A DNA stretch of 64,000 nt from Perna viridis (taxonomy: Eukaryota), in the NCBI GenBank assembly GCA_037379345.1, contig CM074517.1:48034577-48098576 (forward strand). Direction: 5' to 3'. Shown piece by piece: positions 1-12,300 of this stretch. The translations under genes and the position numbers were made by a program. The first letter of the stretch is position 1; the number at the start of each line of letters is the position of its first letter. The notes under the pieces are model-generated. The model ran no database searches. It was not told the origin of the DNA and saw nothing but the letters and a program-made list of their open reading frames with translations.

Positions 1-215
1 GCAAAGCTCTAAGATTGTATCTAATCAAAATATATAATAGAAGTACACAATGGGAACATGTAATAGAGATCCTGTGAAAGTTTCATTAAATTCCATTCAT
101 TAGTATAGGAGGAGTAATAGACAAGACATGGATCCCCCTGTGTAATGTTAAGAAGGATGAACAGACACCTCTATCATCACTATATACCATCATCAACATT
201 GTAATTGGGGGGTGG
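1..215. repeat. Dispersed repeat (pearl/HINE-like), related copy at 13600-13865
   Basis: Shared cacaatgggaacatgtaata...attccattca...ggaggagta...gacagac...tatatac core. Confidence 0.6.
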
Positions 216-267
216 GGGGAAATAATGGTGTTTTTGTGGTCCAATAATATCAATTTATTTCCCTTAC

Positions 268-368
268 ATTTAACAACTGTAGCCAGGAGATGGGAGGCTG
301 CATGCAGATTGTGGATATCAGTGACTGCTCCAGATTCTACACAGCTACAAAGTTCTGTCAGAAAGTTC
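268..368 (-). CDS. NCAPG2: NCAPG2 coding exon 26 (last in window)
   Basis: NFLTELCSCVESG...LHAASHLLATV, 101 nt, gtaagg donor; no stop reached. Confidence 0.84.
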
Positions 369-3300
369 CTGCAAATAAAATGAAGAAAAAACAAATTAAT
401 TTTAAGTTTCATGAAATGCAATGTCAGGTGAATTATGTCAGTTGACATTCTTTAAAACACTTACACTTGAATGTTTAATGATTTTGTGATTATTTAACAG
501 TATCTTATTGACACATAACTTGATCAAAAGAAAAAAATCTTTTAAACCAAAATTTGTCATGCAATATCAAATATTTTATACATGTGTATTTAAAGTTGCA
601 ATAAATTATTTCAAAAAAAGACATACAATTAAAAAAATGTGCTGTCATACTAGTTATACCAAGCTCATATAAAACAGCAACAAAAATCACTTTCAATTTA
701 TGCCCTATATCTAAGTTAAACAAAATACCAAATTTTAAAATTAATCCATACATTGGAGTGTACACAAGAAGTAACCCAGTTACCTTGAAATAAAAGACTT
801 CCTGTACACAATATCACACATCCAGGCAGACATTGGGGGTAATGCAGAAAAGTTGTTTCCAACTTCATCAAGATCCATCTGAAAGAAAGAATGGACATGA
901 TAATCAATAATTTTGTGTAAAATAATTGTGACATATTGTTTTCAAATACAGTGAAAGCTGTCGTAACTGAACCTTGAAAAAAAGTCCCAAAACCTGTCAA
1001 AATCAGACACTTTTTAAGTCTTGTTTTGTTCAAATGTACTTTGAACATTTGTAAACCAAGTATCTGTCTAATCTGTTCCAATGTTAAAGTCCAGAACCTG
1101 TCTAAACTGGTCCCATGTTACCGCTATAACCTTGGTTCCATTGATTACCCTCTACCTACACTGTGTTCTGTTAAAACGAAGCTTTAAAACAAAGCTCAAT
1201 GTATTGGCCATAGCAATTCTTCCTAAAAAAACGATCTATTTACAAGGAAGGTGTGGCGTCCACAACAACAATCACCTGACTTGAATCAGCGGTAAATTAA
1301 ATGGATGTCATCGGAATCATCCAAGAAGTTACAAGGTTTGTTTGTAAACATATGTAAAATTTGGTTTCCATGTGGTTTCTTACATGAATCTAATATGCTT
1401 TTAAAATGATCTAGAAAAAAAATTACGGTTTTTATGGGGGGTAACAGTCCTGTGGTGCATTACAATCTTTTCAGTTACGATCCAGAAATTGATACTCAAA
1501 GCATTTTCATAATTCAGATCTGATTCCTCAATTAGCTTACATTTCTGCTGTAAGTTGAGAGCTCAGTCAAGAGTCATTTGACCTCTTGACTCTTAACCTT
1601 CAACCTTCTGACTACTTACATGTCTGCTGTAGGTTGAGAGTTCAACCAAGACAGCCATTTGATCTCTTAACCCTTAACCTTTCACCTTCCTCTGACTACT
1701 TACATTTCTGCTGTAGGTTGACAGTTCAGCCAAGACAGCTGCTACAAGTGTGGCACTAAGTTCTTTAATAATCATATGATCTACCACAGGACTTCTATAT
1801 ACTGAAGCCAATATCTCTGATACAGATACTTTGATTGAGTTCAGCACCTTAAAGAAAGAACAAAGGTCACACAAATAGAATGGAAGACAAAACAAATTTG
1901 GATTAAAGGAACCAAATTAACTAGTTAATATAATTTCTCTTTTTTTGCTTTTAAGTAATTGAGCATTTTATCATACTTATATACAAAGTAATGCAAATAC
2001 AAAAAAAAAATACAAAGTAGCATAAGTAGAAAGTAGTCATTAGTCTGATACCTATGCCATGATCATCTCCATGGGGTTTTCTTGATGATGAATAGTCGGT
2101 TTCTTATTAAAGATTTTAGTTTTAAATACAAAACAATATAAACTTGATGGCATTTTCCTAAGGCATAACAATTATCATTTCAATGTTAATGTTAATGTTA
2201 TCATTTATTGTATTGAATAAATCATCTTAAAATGATTATATCTGACAGAATGCACCAAATTATCACATTAAACCCTAATAAGCTCTGTACTAACAAGCCT
2301 TGATCTTCAAAACTTATCAAATTTCTCCTTGATCTTAAAGCTTTTCATACATTGTGTATTTCACCTTATATACATGTATTTACAACAAGGAACACCTTTC
2401 ATGATTATTTCGCTATTATGTTTTTTTTTCTTAATTAAAATTAAGATACCTTGACTCCATGTTCTTTTTTCTTGTTGACATGTGTTGCCAAGGAAACTAA
2501 AGCTTTACCAACAAAGCTAGGAATAAGGTTACCATGGTGACTATTACCATTGGTATCAGTGGAGTGATGACTTAGCAAGATAAACTCAGTCACTTGATAG
2601 AAACATCTCATTATCTCTGGTATCAGTTTAAATGAAGAATCTGAAGGACAAAAATCTGAAGTGATAAATATAGTACCACAAAGTAGGTCATTTTCGCGGG
2701 GTGCTAATTTCGACATATTTTAGCTGCTAATTTAGGCATATTTTATCTGCTAATTTCGACATATTTTAGCAGCTGCTAAAATACTCCTTAATTAGCACCA
2801 TGTCTGATAATGCCAAAATAAATTCCGTAAAATATTTACTGTGAGCTTAAGTACTTAGTGCACCACTTAGAATCTGCCAATATCATAATTGGTCAAATTT
2901 TTTTAATACCTTTTTGCTTAAAAAAATTCTCAAAATTTTACACCCATAATATGTCATACATTTGTGTTTGAAGCTCATGACACTGGAGGAGTCTGACGTG
3001 ACTTTAAAAAAGCCAATAAAAAAGTGGAAATTGCTGAAATTATAAGTAAACATAGGTTAAAAAAATTGTGCAGTAAAACAAGATATGAAAAGCAGAATTC
3101 AATTTTAAAGAAGACGAAAATCAGGCCTGATGAGTCCACATGGGGAGTCATTACCCAAGGCTTGTACTGTAATGACATTTATTTCTTATACCATCTTATA
3201 TAAATATTTACCTTTAATTTTTTATTTAGGCTATACAAAAAAAAATGCCTAGGTTCTCAGGCCACTTTTTGAAAAAATTGATAAGGGAGGGAAGCTTTTC

Positions 3301-6300
3301 CATTTTTTTTCAAGAAATTTCATCAAATTGAACAATTCTGTAAATGCACAGGATGTTGAGAAGTTAAATAAAATACTCCATGGCATTAAAACTTTACTGG
3401 AATATGAGATGTGACTACAAATAAAAGCCATCTCTCTGCCACAAGACAAAGTTTCGTTTTTAATGATCAATGTTAAATAACAGCCTAATTTGCATCATAC
3501 TTTTTACTTTTCTGCAGATGACTCAGTAACTAATTAAAAGTCGATTCCTGACTGGATATGAAAATTTCCAGAACGGATATAAAATTTCTGCATTTTACCG
3601 TAATAAAAATTGAAGATGCTGGAGGGTTTTTAAAGATGTGTTAGTGCCTGAGAACCCAGCATTTTTTTTAGCCTTATATTATTTTGGGGTGGGGATGCAG
3701 AGAAAATACAAGTCAGTTTATTGTTGCAAACTAAAATTATGTCAATGCTGGCTCCATAGTAAGTTCCATAATTGGGATATGTGCCAAAGAAAGTGTGGAT
3801 GTCCTTATAAATGTATATACCAAAGACAGCTCAGGCATCTTGATACATGTAAACTGAAATTGTTGGGCTGAAGGTACACTTCTGTATTTGACCTATATTT
3901 CATAATCAACAGCAATGTGTAAAAGATGGATTGAGCTGATGTAATTTAAATGTATATGTAATGACAAACAAATTTATCAACATGAGGATCAATACATTCT
4001 CAAATATCATGAAACAGCTGTTGATTTGATTTCAAAATGTGCAAAATTGATCAAATTGTTTGAGAGAACAATAATTTTGGGAGAACAATGAGAGATAACA
4101 CTGAAACATCAAAACTTAGGATCAATTTTAAACATAATAATTTTTGTATAACTGACTGCAAGGGTATAAAAAAAAATAGAAAAAAATAATTATACCTGCT
4201 TGTAAACACTCCGTACAGAAATTTGATACTTGGACTGCAAAATCTCCATCAGCAATCCCAATCAGGAAAACATTACTACATACATTCAAAAGATTCTACA
4301 AAAGACAATGTAATATGTTAACAAATCATAGATAGCAGTGAATTTTTTAATGTTCCTTGTGTAATTAATTTCAATATTTCACATCTGAAATAAATTCGTC
4401 CAGTCCTACAGAAAGTAGATTTCTGCTAGCAACCAAAATTACTTACAACATACATCCTATCTATATAAAAGAACAAACCAAACTTGATATCAATGCATCC
4501 ATTGCATCCATTGGGAGCTGAAAAAACAGACAGAAAGACAAGATATTGATTCCCAATATTCCTCCCACTCATTGAATGGGAGTATAATAATGATTCATAT
4601 AAAGCAAAAACAAGAATACTAAAACTAAAATTTCTCAGACAAGCAAGCTTTTGAAAACACACTTGTTCAAAAGTTCATAGAATGAGCATTAGCCTAACCA
4701 TTGGAAGGATTCCATGACCCACAACCCAGCCCCAGAACAGTAAAGTCAGTAGCATTTACCTGTGCAGAATGTATAATCGCTTTTTCAAAGCTTTAACACA
4801 TCTGCCACACCTTGTTCTTGCTACTTAGTACTGTACAACAGAAACAGCTTAGAAGAATTTTAATGAGTAGTATTAATGCCTTGTAAAGTTTTTCACATCA
4901 GGTGGCAGTTATAGAAGAGATTGGGTCAGAGGAAAGTGGTATTGTAATGATATCTGGTGGAATAGTAACATTTTTATCGTATACAACTGTACAGCATTTG
5001 ATGCTAAGTTAATAGCATGGGCAGTACATTGTAGCTTTGCCAATGGAGAGTTTTGGTGACCCACTACCTGACCACATCATTGTAGTCAGGAGATAGTGGT
5101 ATAAAAATGATATCCAGTGAAATAGATTAAAATTATTTTTGGTGTTTACCTGTGCAGCATTTGATGCTAAGTTAATAGCATGGGTAGTGGCCTTGCCGAT
5201 GGAGCGTTTCCGTGACCCACTACCAGACCACATCATTGTAGAGTCCGGAACATTATACAAGGTCCTTCCTAAAACTCCTTGTGTGACATTCTGTGACTGT
5301 GTGGTATTAGCTGCATTCATACCCAGACTGGATCCAGGAGTTTGAGGCCTAGACTGGTTTTCCCGTGATTCTAATATAGAGAGAAGGTGGGCATCAGCCC
5401 AAGCTATTACCTGGTCTATCTTAGGAATAGCATTGTTGTCACCCTGAAATGTGAAGAAAAAAAGGTTTGTATGATTTTATCTTACACAATGCAAAAAATA
5501 AACCTAAACTTATGAAAAATATGAAAACAATTCTATCCATGTTTCAGATATCTTTTTGATATCTTGTTCCTTTTATAACACTGAAGTGCCATTGTGTATA
5601 TTTTGGGAACTTATTAAATTGATGCTGATTAATACTGTATTTTCCTGAAACTTATTGGCAAAATCAGAAGTAAATAAACAGTAAAATAGAAAATAGTAAC
5701 AGCAAAAAACAGATTTATAAAGGAGAAATCCACAAGTCTGTGGAAAAATCACATCCCTGTATTTTTTTAATGCACACAATAGTTTCTGAATTTACAGTAT
5801 TATGAAAATGACTATGAGTATAAAAATAATTCCATTATTTACGTAAATAATTGTTAATTATGTAATTTTTTTAAATGCAGTTTGCAGTTGGAGGATAAAA
5901 TACTAACATCATCATGGAGAAGGATGACCAGTTTAAGATACATGGTAAAACACTCAACAAGAAGGTCATCTGAGAAATCATCTCCCTCTGTAGGTATTCT
6001 GTTGGTCATTCTTCCTTCTATACACTTCTGAAAACAGGAATAGAGAACAATGAAAAATAAGGCATCTAATGGAACATTAAATGATACACTGTCATGTTAC
6101 AAAAAAATATATTATTGGGGTAAAAATAACTTATAATGGCTATAACTACGTGTGTAAATAATCTGATCAATAAAATTCCAACTTGAACAGTATTTTATGA
6201 CAATGATACTCAATAGCTAAATACAAAGTTTGAAAATGTCTTTTACATCTGGAAACCATCAGTGCAGAGACAGACAGGCACAAAACTATTTGGAGGGTGT

Positions 6301-9300
6301 CACATAATACCTTGCCACTTTGTGTAGTGGGTTATGATAACTGTGAGCAAAGGATATATATATATATGACAGATATAGATGTAGAATACATCAATCTGTT
6401 TTCAGTAGAGTAAACCAAGACAGTGAATTTCACAAGAACCATGCTAAGACTTTACAGTATTAAACCTTCAATTTATATGAAATTGTAAAAAAACGTGATG
6501 AAAATATACACAAAATGTCAAAAACTGTGAGCAAAGGTTGATAAAAAATACCAACACTTTCCCAACCCCCAACCCAGAAACTGTATGGTCAAAATATAAA
6601 CAAAGCTATCAAACATGAGGTTGATGCTGCTTCAATCTTAAATCAAAACACACAATATGGTGTACCTACATGTATAAAGCTTCAGACAAAATACATGTAT
6701 CAAGTGGTTGTAGTACATAGAAGCATAGAGTACAGCAATAAAAAAGGTGTGGACAGACAAACATCGTGTTCACTATACACCTCCCACTATAATACTGGGG
6801 TAAAGATTAAGAAATACAAGCTGGTAGCCCAGCACATACTATTTTTTAATATTGCTATATGTTCAACTAAATTTTACCTAAAAGTTTGGTAGCCCAGCTC
6901 AAAATCTAGTAGCAATGAGCTACTGGGCAACTGCTAATTTTTATCCCTGTAATAAAACAATTTTAATGTATTAACCAAAGATATGTACCCTAATTTATAT
7001 TCTAAAACTCACCCTTACATCCTGTAGTGTAGCTATCAACTCCACAACATTGTCTCTATGGTTAGATAGTATAATAGCCTGACACGTCCCATGTTGTATC
7101 AAGTAAGAGATATATTCTAGACCAAGCTGGGGACGTGGCGATTGTGGGTCAACAAATCCAACACTCTTTCTCGTAGTTCTCTTTACAGTCTGTAATATAA
7201 ACATTTTACATCTTATTTGATGTAATCAGGTCATAATCTCATAAAAACTAAAATTTACTGTATATTCATAGCCATTATTTAAAGAAAGGTTATTAAATGT
7301 CTAATTTGTGAAATCTTGTAAACATTAAACTTACTGAAGCATAGGAAGCCAAGATATTTCTTGCAGTTTTAGGCATGGAGGCTTTAATCCACTCATCCAC
7401 CATTTCAAACACATCTCCAATTTTACCCCAGTTACACATGGCTTCCAAAAAACACCCATAATCCTCTGTTCTGTTGTTTTCTCCTAAGTTGCGCAGCTTA
7501 GACAAACAGCTTCGACTGCAAACAAAAAGAAAAAGCATTTTAAACTTAACACTGGTTTATGATGTTGCAGCAAAAGTAATCAAACTTAATTTTGTTTCAG
7601 TATTGTACTTTTTAATTATATAATCAGATAAATAATGTACATAACATATACAGGGTTCTAGAATTCTCATTTCCTGTTACCAGTCAGAGGTGAAATTCCA
7701 ATCTTCCTATGCAGAGGGCATAATTACTATTTCAAAGGTTAAAATCTCTGCCACACTCAGTTCTAAACCCCATTCCTTTATGCAAATTACTACAGTTCAT
7801 CGTTAACAGCTTTGCAGATTTGTAATGAGTGGTGCTCATGTCCTGTGAATTTTTCACATCCTGTATAGCAGAGTCTATACTCTAGTGGCGGGACACAAAG
7901 TGAACCAGGAAGTTGTTATTTACCTACTTAACAGTATTGTGTGTGTGTGTGTATCTCTACTGTGGAAAAGACAAAATGACAAATTCTTGTAACAAATTAT
8001 GATAGAGCACTGCAAATAATAACTTTGTATTAACTATAAAACAAATGTTAAAAGTATTCTGACATTAATGTCAACACCGTATTAAAACTGACCTGACACT
8101 AGGAACAGATTTAGAAGGAAGGTTTCCTGCCAACATGATAAGTGCTGTCATAATGTGGGGGTCCTGTTAAATAAGGTCAAACATCGTGTTTATCTAGGTA
8201 ACATACCTTTTTTCAATATAAATTCAGTTTCTTATCAAAAGATGCAATGCACAGTAACACTGGTAATCCTTTAATTCACAGGCATTAGTTTGTAAGTTTT
8301 AAATTCAAATATTTCATTAGAACATTCAAGTTTTCAGTGGAAATTTTCAGTGGGATTTTAACTTTAAATTAAAACAACAATTGTTCCTGTGCAGTTTACT
8401 GATTGCTAAACAATTGAATTTTTTTTCATTTGAAAATTTACACCTTTGTTGTACATTAAATTATCTGTGCCTGGAAATTTAGACTTGCATTGCTAGTAAA
8501 TAGTTTATATCTAATCACATGTAAAGCTTCAAATACATTAAGCTCTGTATAATTAAATGACACAGTAACAGATCAATAATATCAAACGTTAAAGGATAAA
8601 ACCCTACAGAAAACTCCATTAATATTGACAAAAAATAACAGAAACACACACAATGTTCTTTACTTACATTGAATGCTTTGAACATTTCTGGCAATGCCAT
8701 CATAAATTTCTGCTGTAGTCCTAATAATAACTCCTTGTTACATGCCTATAATACAAAATAACATAATATTCTGAAGAAATACATGATGTTAGGCTTCTAT
8801 AGTAGTTGTCTTATCACCTTTTCAATCATTTGTCAAGTAACCCTCTACACAGGTATTTTATTGTTCATGCAAAATCATGTGAATCAATCTTAACAAGTTT
8901 TAATGTTAATCTCACATGAAATTTACATGACTTTAATGTGAAATTCATTCAACATAAACTAAATGTAAATTCACATGACTCACCCAAATTTCATATGAAT
9001 TTAATCACAATTTTTTTTACTTGATTCTGGAGAAAATTTTGTGAAATTCATGTGAAACAATTTTGCATGTGTGTACTCATCTAAATTTCATTTCAAGAAA
9101 TACTGTAAAATAACGAGTGGTTTTTGTTGTAATTTTTATTATGTACGAGCTTTCTTTTTGCCAAATATCATCTCCTATCATGTCATATATAGAGTGATTA
9201 TGGGTAAATGTCCTATGGCAGACATTTCAGAATGGGAACATTTGATCAGCAAATAATATCAAAGTCTTCCTTATCTTAGCTCTAATGCAATGCATAGTCC

Positions 9301-12300
9301 TACCAAAAAGTTAAAAATTAAAATTTCCCACCAGAAGAATTTAAGGAACAGGATAAATCCTGATCTCAAATTATTCTTGATATGTTTTTCTGCAAAAACA
9401 TTACCATCTGTTGTTTTTCTGACGCAGTCGGTATAGTTTCTTTTTTACCCTTAAACTTTAAAGACGCTCTTCCATGGAAACACAAGTCACCTGATCACAA
9501 TTCTGTTTCCTGATTGTTTTCTTATTTTTTGGCAATTCATATTCCAGACTGGCTTGACTGGAGAAACAGGATAATCAGTGTTTTGCAGAGAAAGATTTTA
9601 TTTCATACCTTATCTAACTCAGAAGATATTGAGTTCCACAATAACACAATAGTCTCTAGAATTCCTGTCATTAGTGTTGTGTTGTGTATTGAAAGTTCAT
9701 CTTCAGACACTTCAACCTGTGAAAAGACAGAATTTCATGAAGAAAAATGTGAAAAGTTTTTTTATATTAAAAAATGAATGATTACTATGCAATGTCTAAA
9801 ACATGTAGAGTTTGCCATTTCCCAAGTGAATTTCGTAGATTTAAGTGACTATGGGCAAGTTATAATAAGATATATAAATTTAATCAATAATGCTACCTCT
9901 TGCTCATATTTCAGACTTTTGGTTATCAAAATGTTGTACCAGTTGACTGGCTACAACAAGAAATTCACAAAATGGCTAAATCAAAGAAAGTTCATATAAA
10001 ATACTGAAGGGATGAACACAATATGTATGAAGGATCCTATTTTAAGTCAATGGCTTAAACTTATCTTACACATCCTGAGAGGTTATTTTAAACTTTTACA
10101 AACTCTTTATCAAAATGGTATGTATTAATTTTGTTAGTACTTTATTTTGCTTTATAGATGTGTGTGTATGTGCAAATAAAGATTAGCACACTTGACTACA
10201 TGTACATGTATTACTAGGTTATGTATGTTGTTTCTTACCTGACTTTGATCACGATCTTCGTCACTGTCAGCACTCTCGTCAATATTACTGTCCTTCAGGC
10301 CATTCTTCTTTATCTCAGCCTTCATACATTGAAGAATACATCTACAGAGCAGTGTAACGTAGCCCACTAAAAATTTAATGACAAATACCAATTAATGAAT
10401 TTTCAGAGTTGCAATATTTCTTTGGGTTGTTCCCCTTTGCCCAGTATTGACTACAATCTTTTAAAAATAATTAACTGGCATGGAGTGTAATCTATCGATC
10501 ATTATTATAAGAATGCAATACAAAAACAAAATCTTTTGTACAGTAAAACTTGTCTTCCAGTCTCATTTTGTATGACACCGAGGAAGAATATATAGAACAG
10601 CAGGCTGCACTCACCAAAAATCGTAACATTGCACGCTGAAATCCCAAAGTTCCTTAGCACAGTAAGTGGAAGTTTAACCAACTAAGGAAAATAAGCACTC
10701 AACTTACATGCATATAATTAAGGAAGAAGTAACAAAATCAACCTGTAAATGGAAGCTACAAATTGTATGCCAAGCAGGGGCTTAAATTTACGGTTGAGAG
10801 TGGATGGTCCTGGACTTTTCCATATTTGAAACCAATGATCTACTTGAAAATTTCTAAATAAAGTGTCAGTGAAAAGGACTGAAGGACCAGGACATAAGAT
10901 CACTACTAATTTGAATCCCTAGGTTTCATAAAAAAAACCTCATTATTTTAGCCTCACCTGTGTCCTGCACATTCATATAGTTATGAGCTTTACTGTAGAA
11001 CTGTCTAGCTGCTCCAATGTTAGTCTGTATCAATGTGACACATCTCTGTATCTGTATGTCAGCCGGTTTATCTGTTGGGACAAAGCTGGAGAACAAAAGT
11101 TTCATAATCCTTCTACAGATAGGTGGCGTATCTATCTCCAGTCTCGCTAACAGGTGCTCCACAGGGACTATGTTCCAGAACTGTCAAATTAATTCAAAAT
11201 GAAATGATTCATGAGAAATTTTATCATACATGTGTAGCCCTATATATATCAATTTACTATTAAATCTTTAAATAGACTGATGGACAAACTAGGTGATTCT
11301 AATATATCATCCACTTGATGAATAGGGGTATCAAATGAGGGACATATCCATACTGTTTTTTCAGAAGTTAATGCGTTTAGTTCTGTGATTTTTGTCACTT
11401 TTGTCAAAATTGTAATTCATATTTTTCAACTTTGCAGAAATTTAATACTGTCATAACACAACTTGAATTATTGTGATTGTAATTTACTTAATTTCTTTTT
11501 TTATTTTTTGTAATTAACATGTACATGTTTGCTTCTTGGTGATCATGTTTTATTCTGAAGTTTCATACTTTGTGAAAATGTCATTAGCTTATGGATTTCA
11601 TTGAGCACCAAAAGTTTCCTATGAAAATTTTACACCTCTTTAAGCATGTGAAGTGGTATAAATGATTTGATAGACACACAAAAAGTCATGAAAACTAGTA
11701 ACTCCAAATAATAGTTCATTCATAGTCGTCTGTACAAAGGGGAATCACAATACAACAACATCAGCCCCCTCACTTTTACATTCAGATATAAAATACCATA
11801 TCCCATATTTGCTATTTTTCAATACTCATATAGATGTACAGCAAATTAATAGTCACAGGTACAGGTTAATTTTACATAGAATTGACTACATAATGATATT
11901 TTGTTTAGTATTTTGAAGACAGGTTTTTAAAGCATAAACCACACAGTAACATTGATTTCACTATAAATTTTTGTCTGTATGTGTCTTTAACATTGTGCCA
12001 ATCATATAACTTCAAGGTCAAGAACCTTTGACTTACCCTAATTGATCTAAGACCTTTGACCTTTAGTAACATATCCAACATAGCTATCCTGACTTTTTCA
12101 GCTGAGTCATGGACAAAATTTTTCAGCTCTGGTAAAATGGGTTTCAACACTGGATGACAAAGTGGGTTGTCAAGGAGAAGTATTAAACCCTAAAAAGAGA
12201 ACAAACCTTTTTAAGCTATATTTAACTAAACTAGGAAATTGGGTATATACTAAATGGATTCTTCTGGCTATTCTGTCAATTATTTGTTTAGATGTGAAGC

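Noticed and set aside
2441-2449. gtatctta donor as a U12-type intron
   Set aside because: Does not match GTATCCTT, and no U12 branch site was seen.
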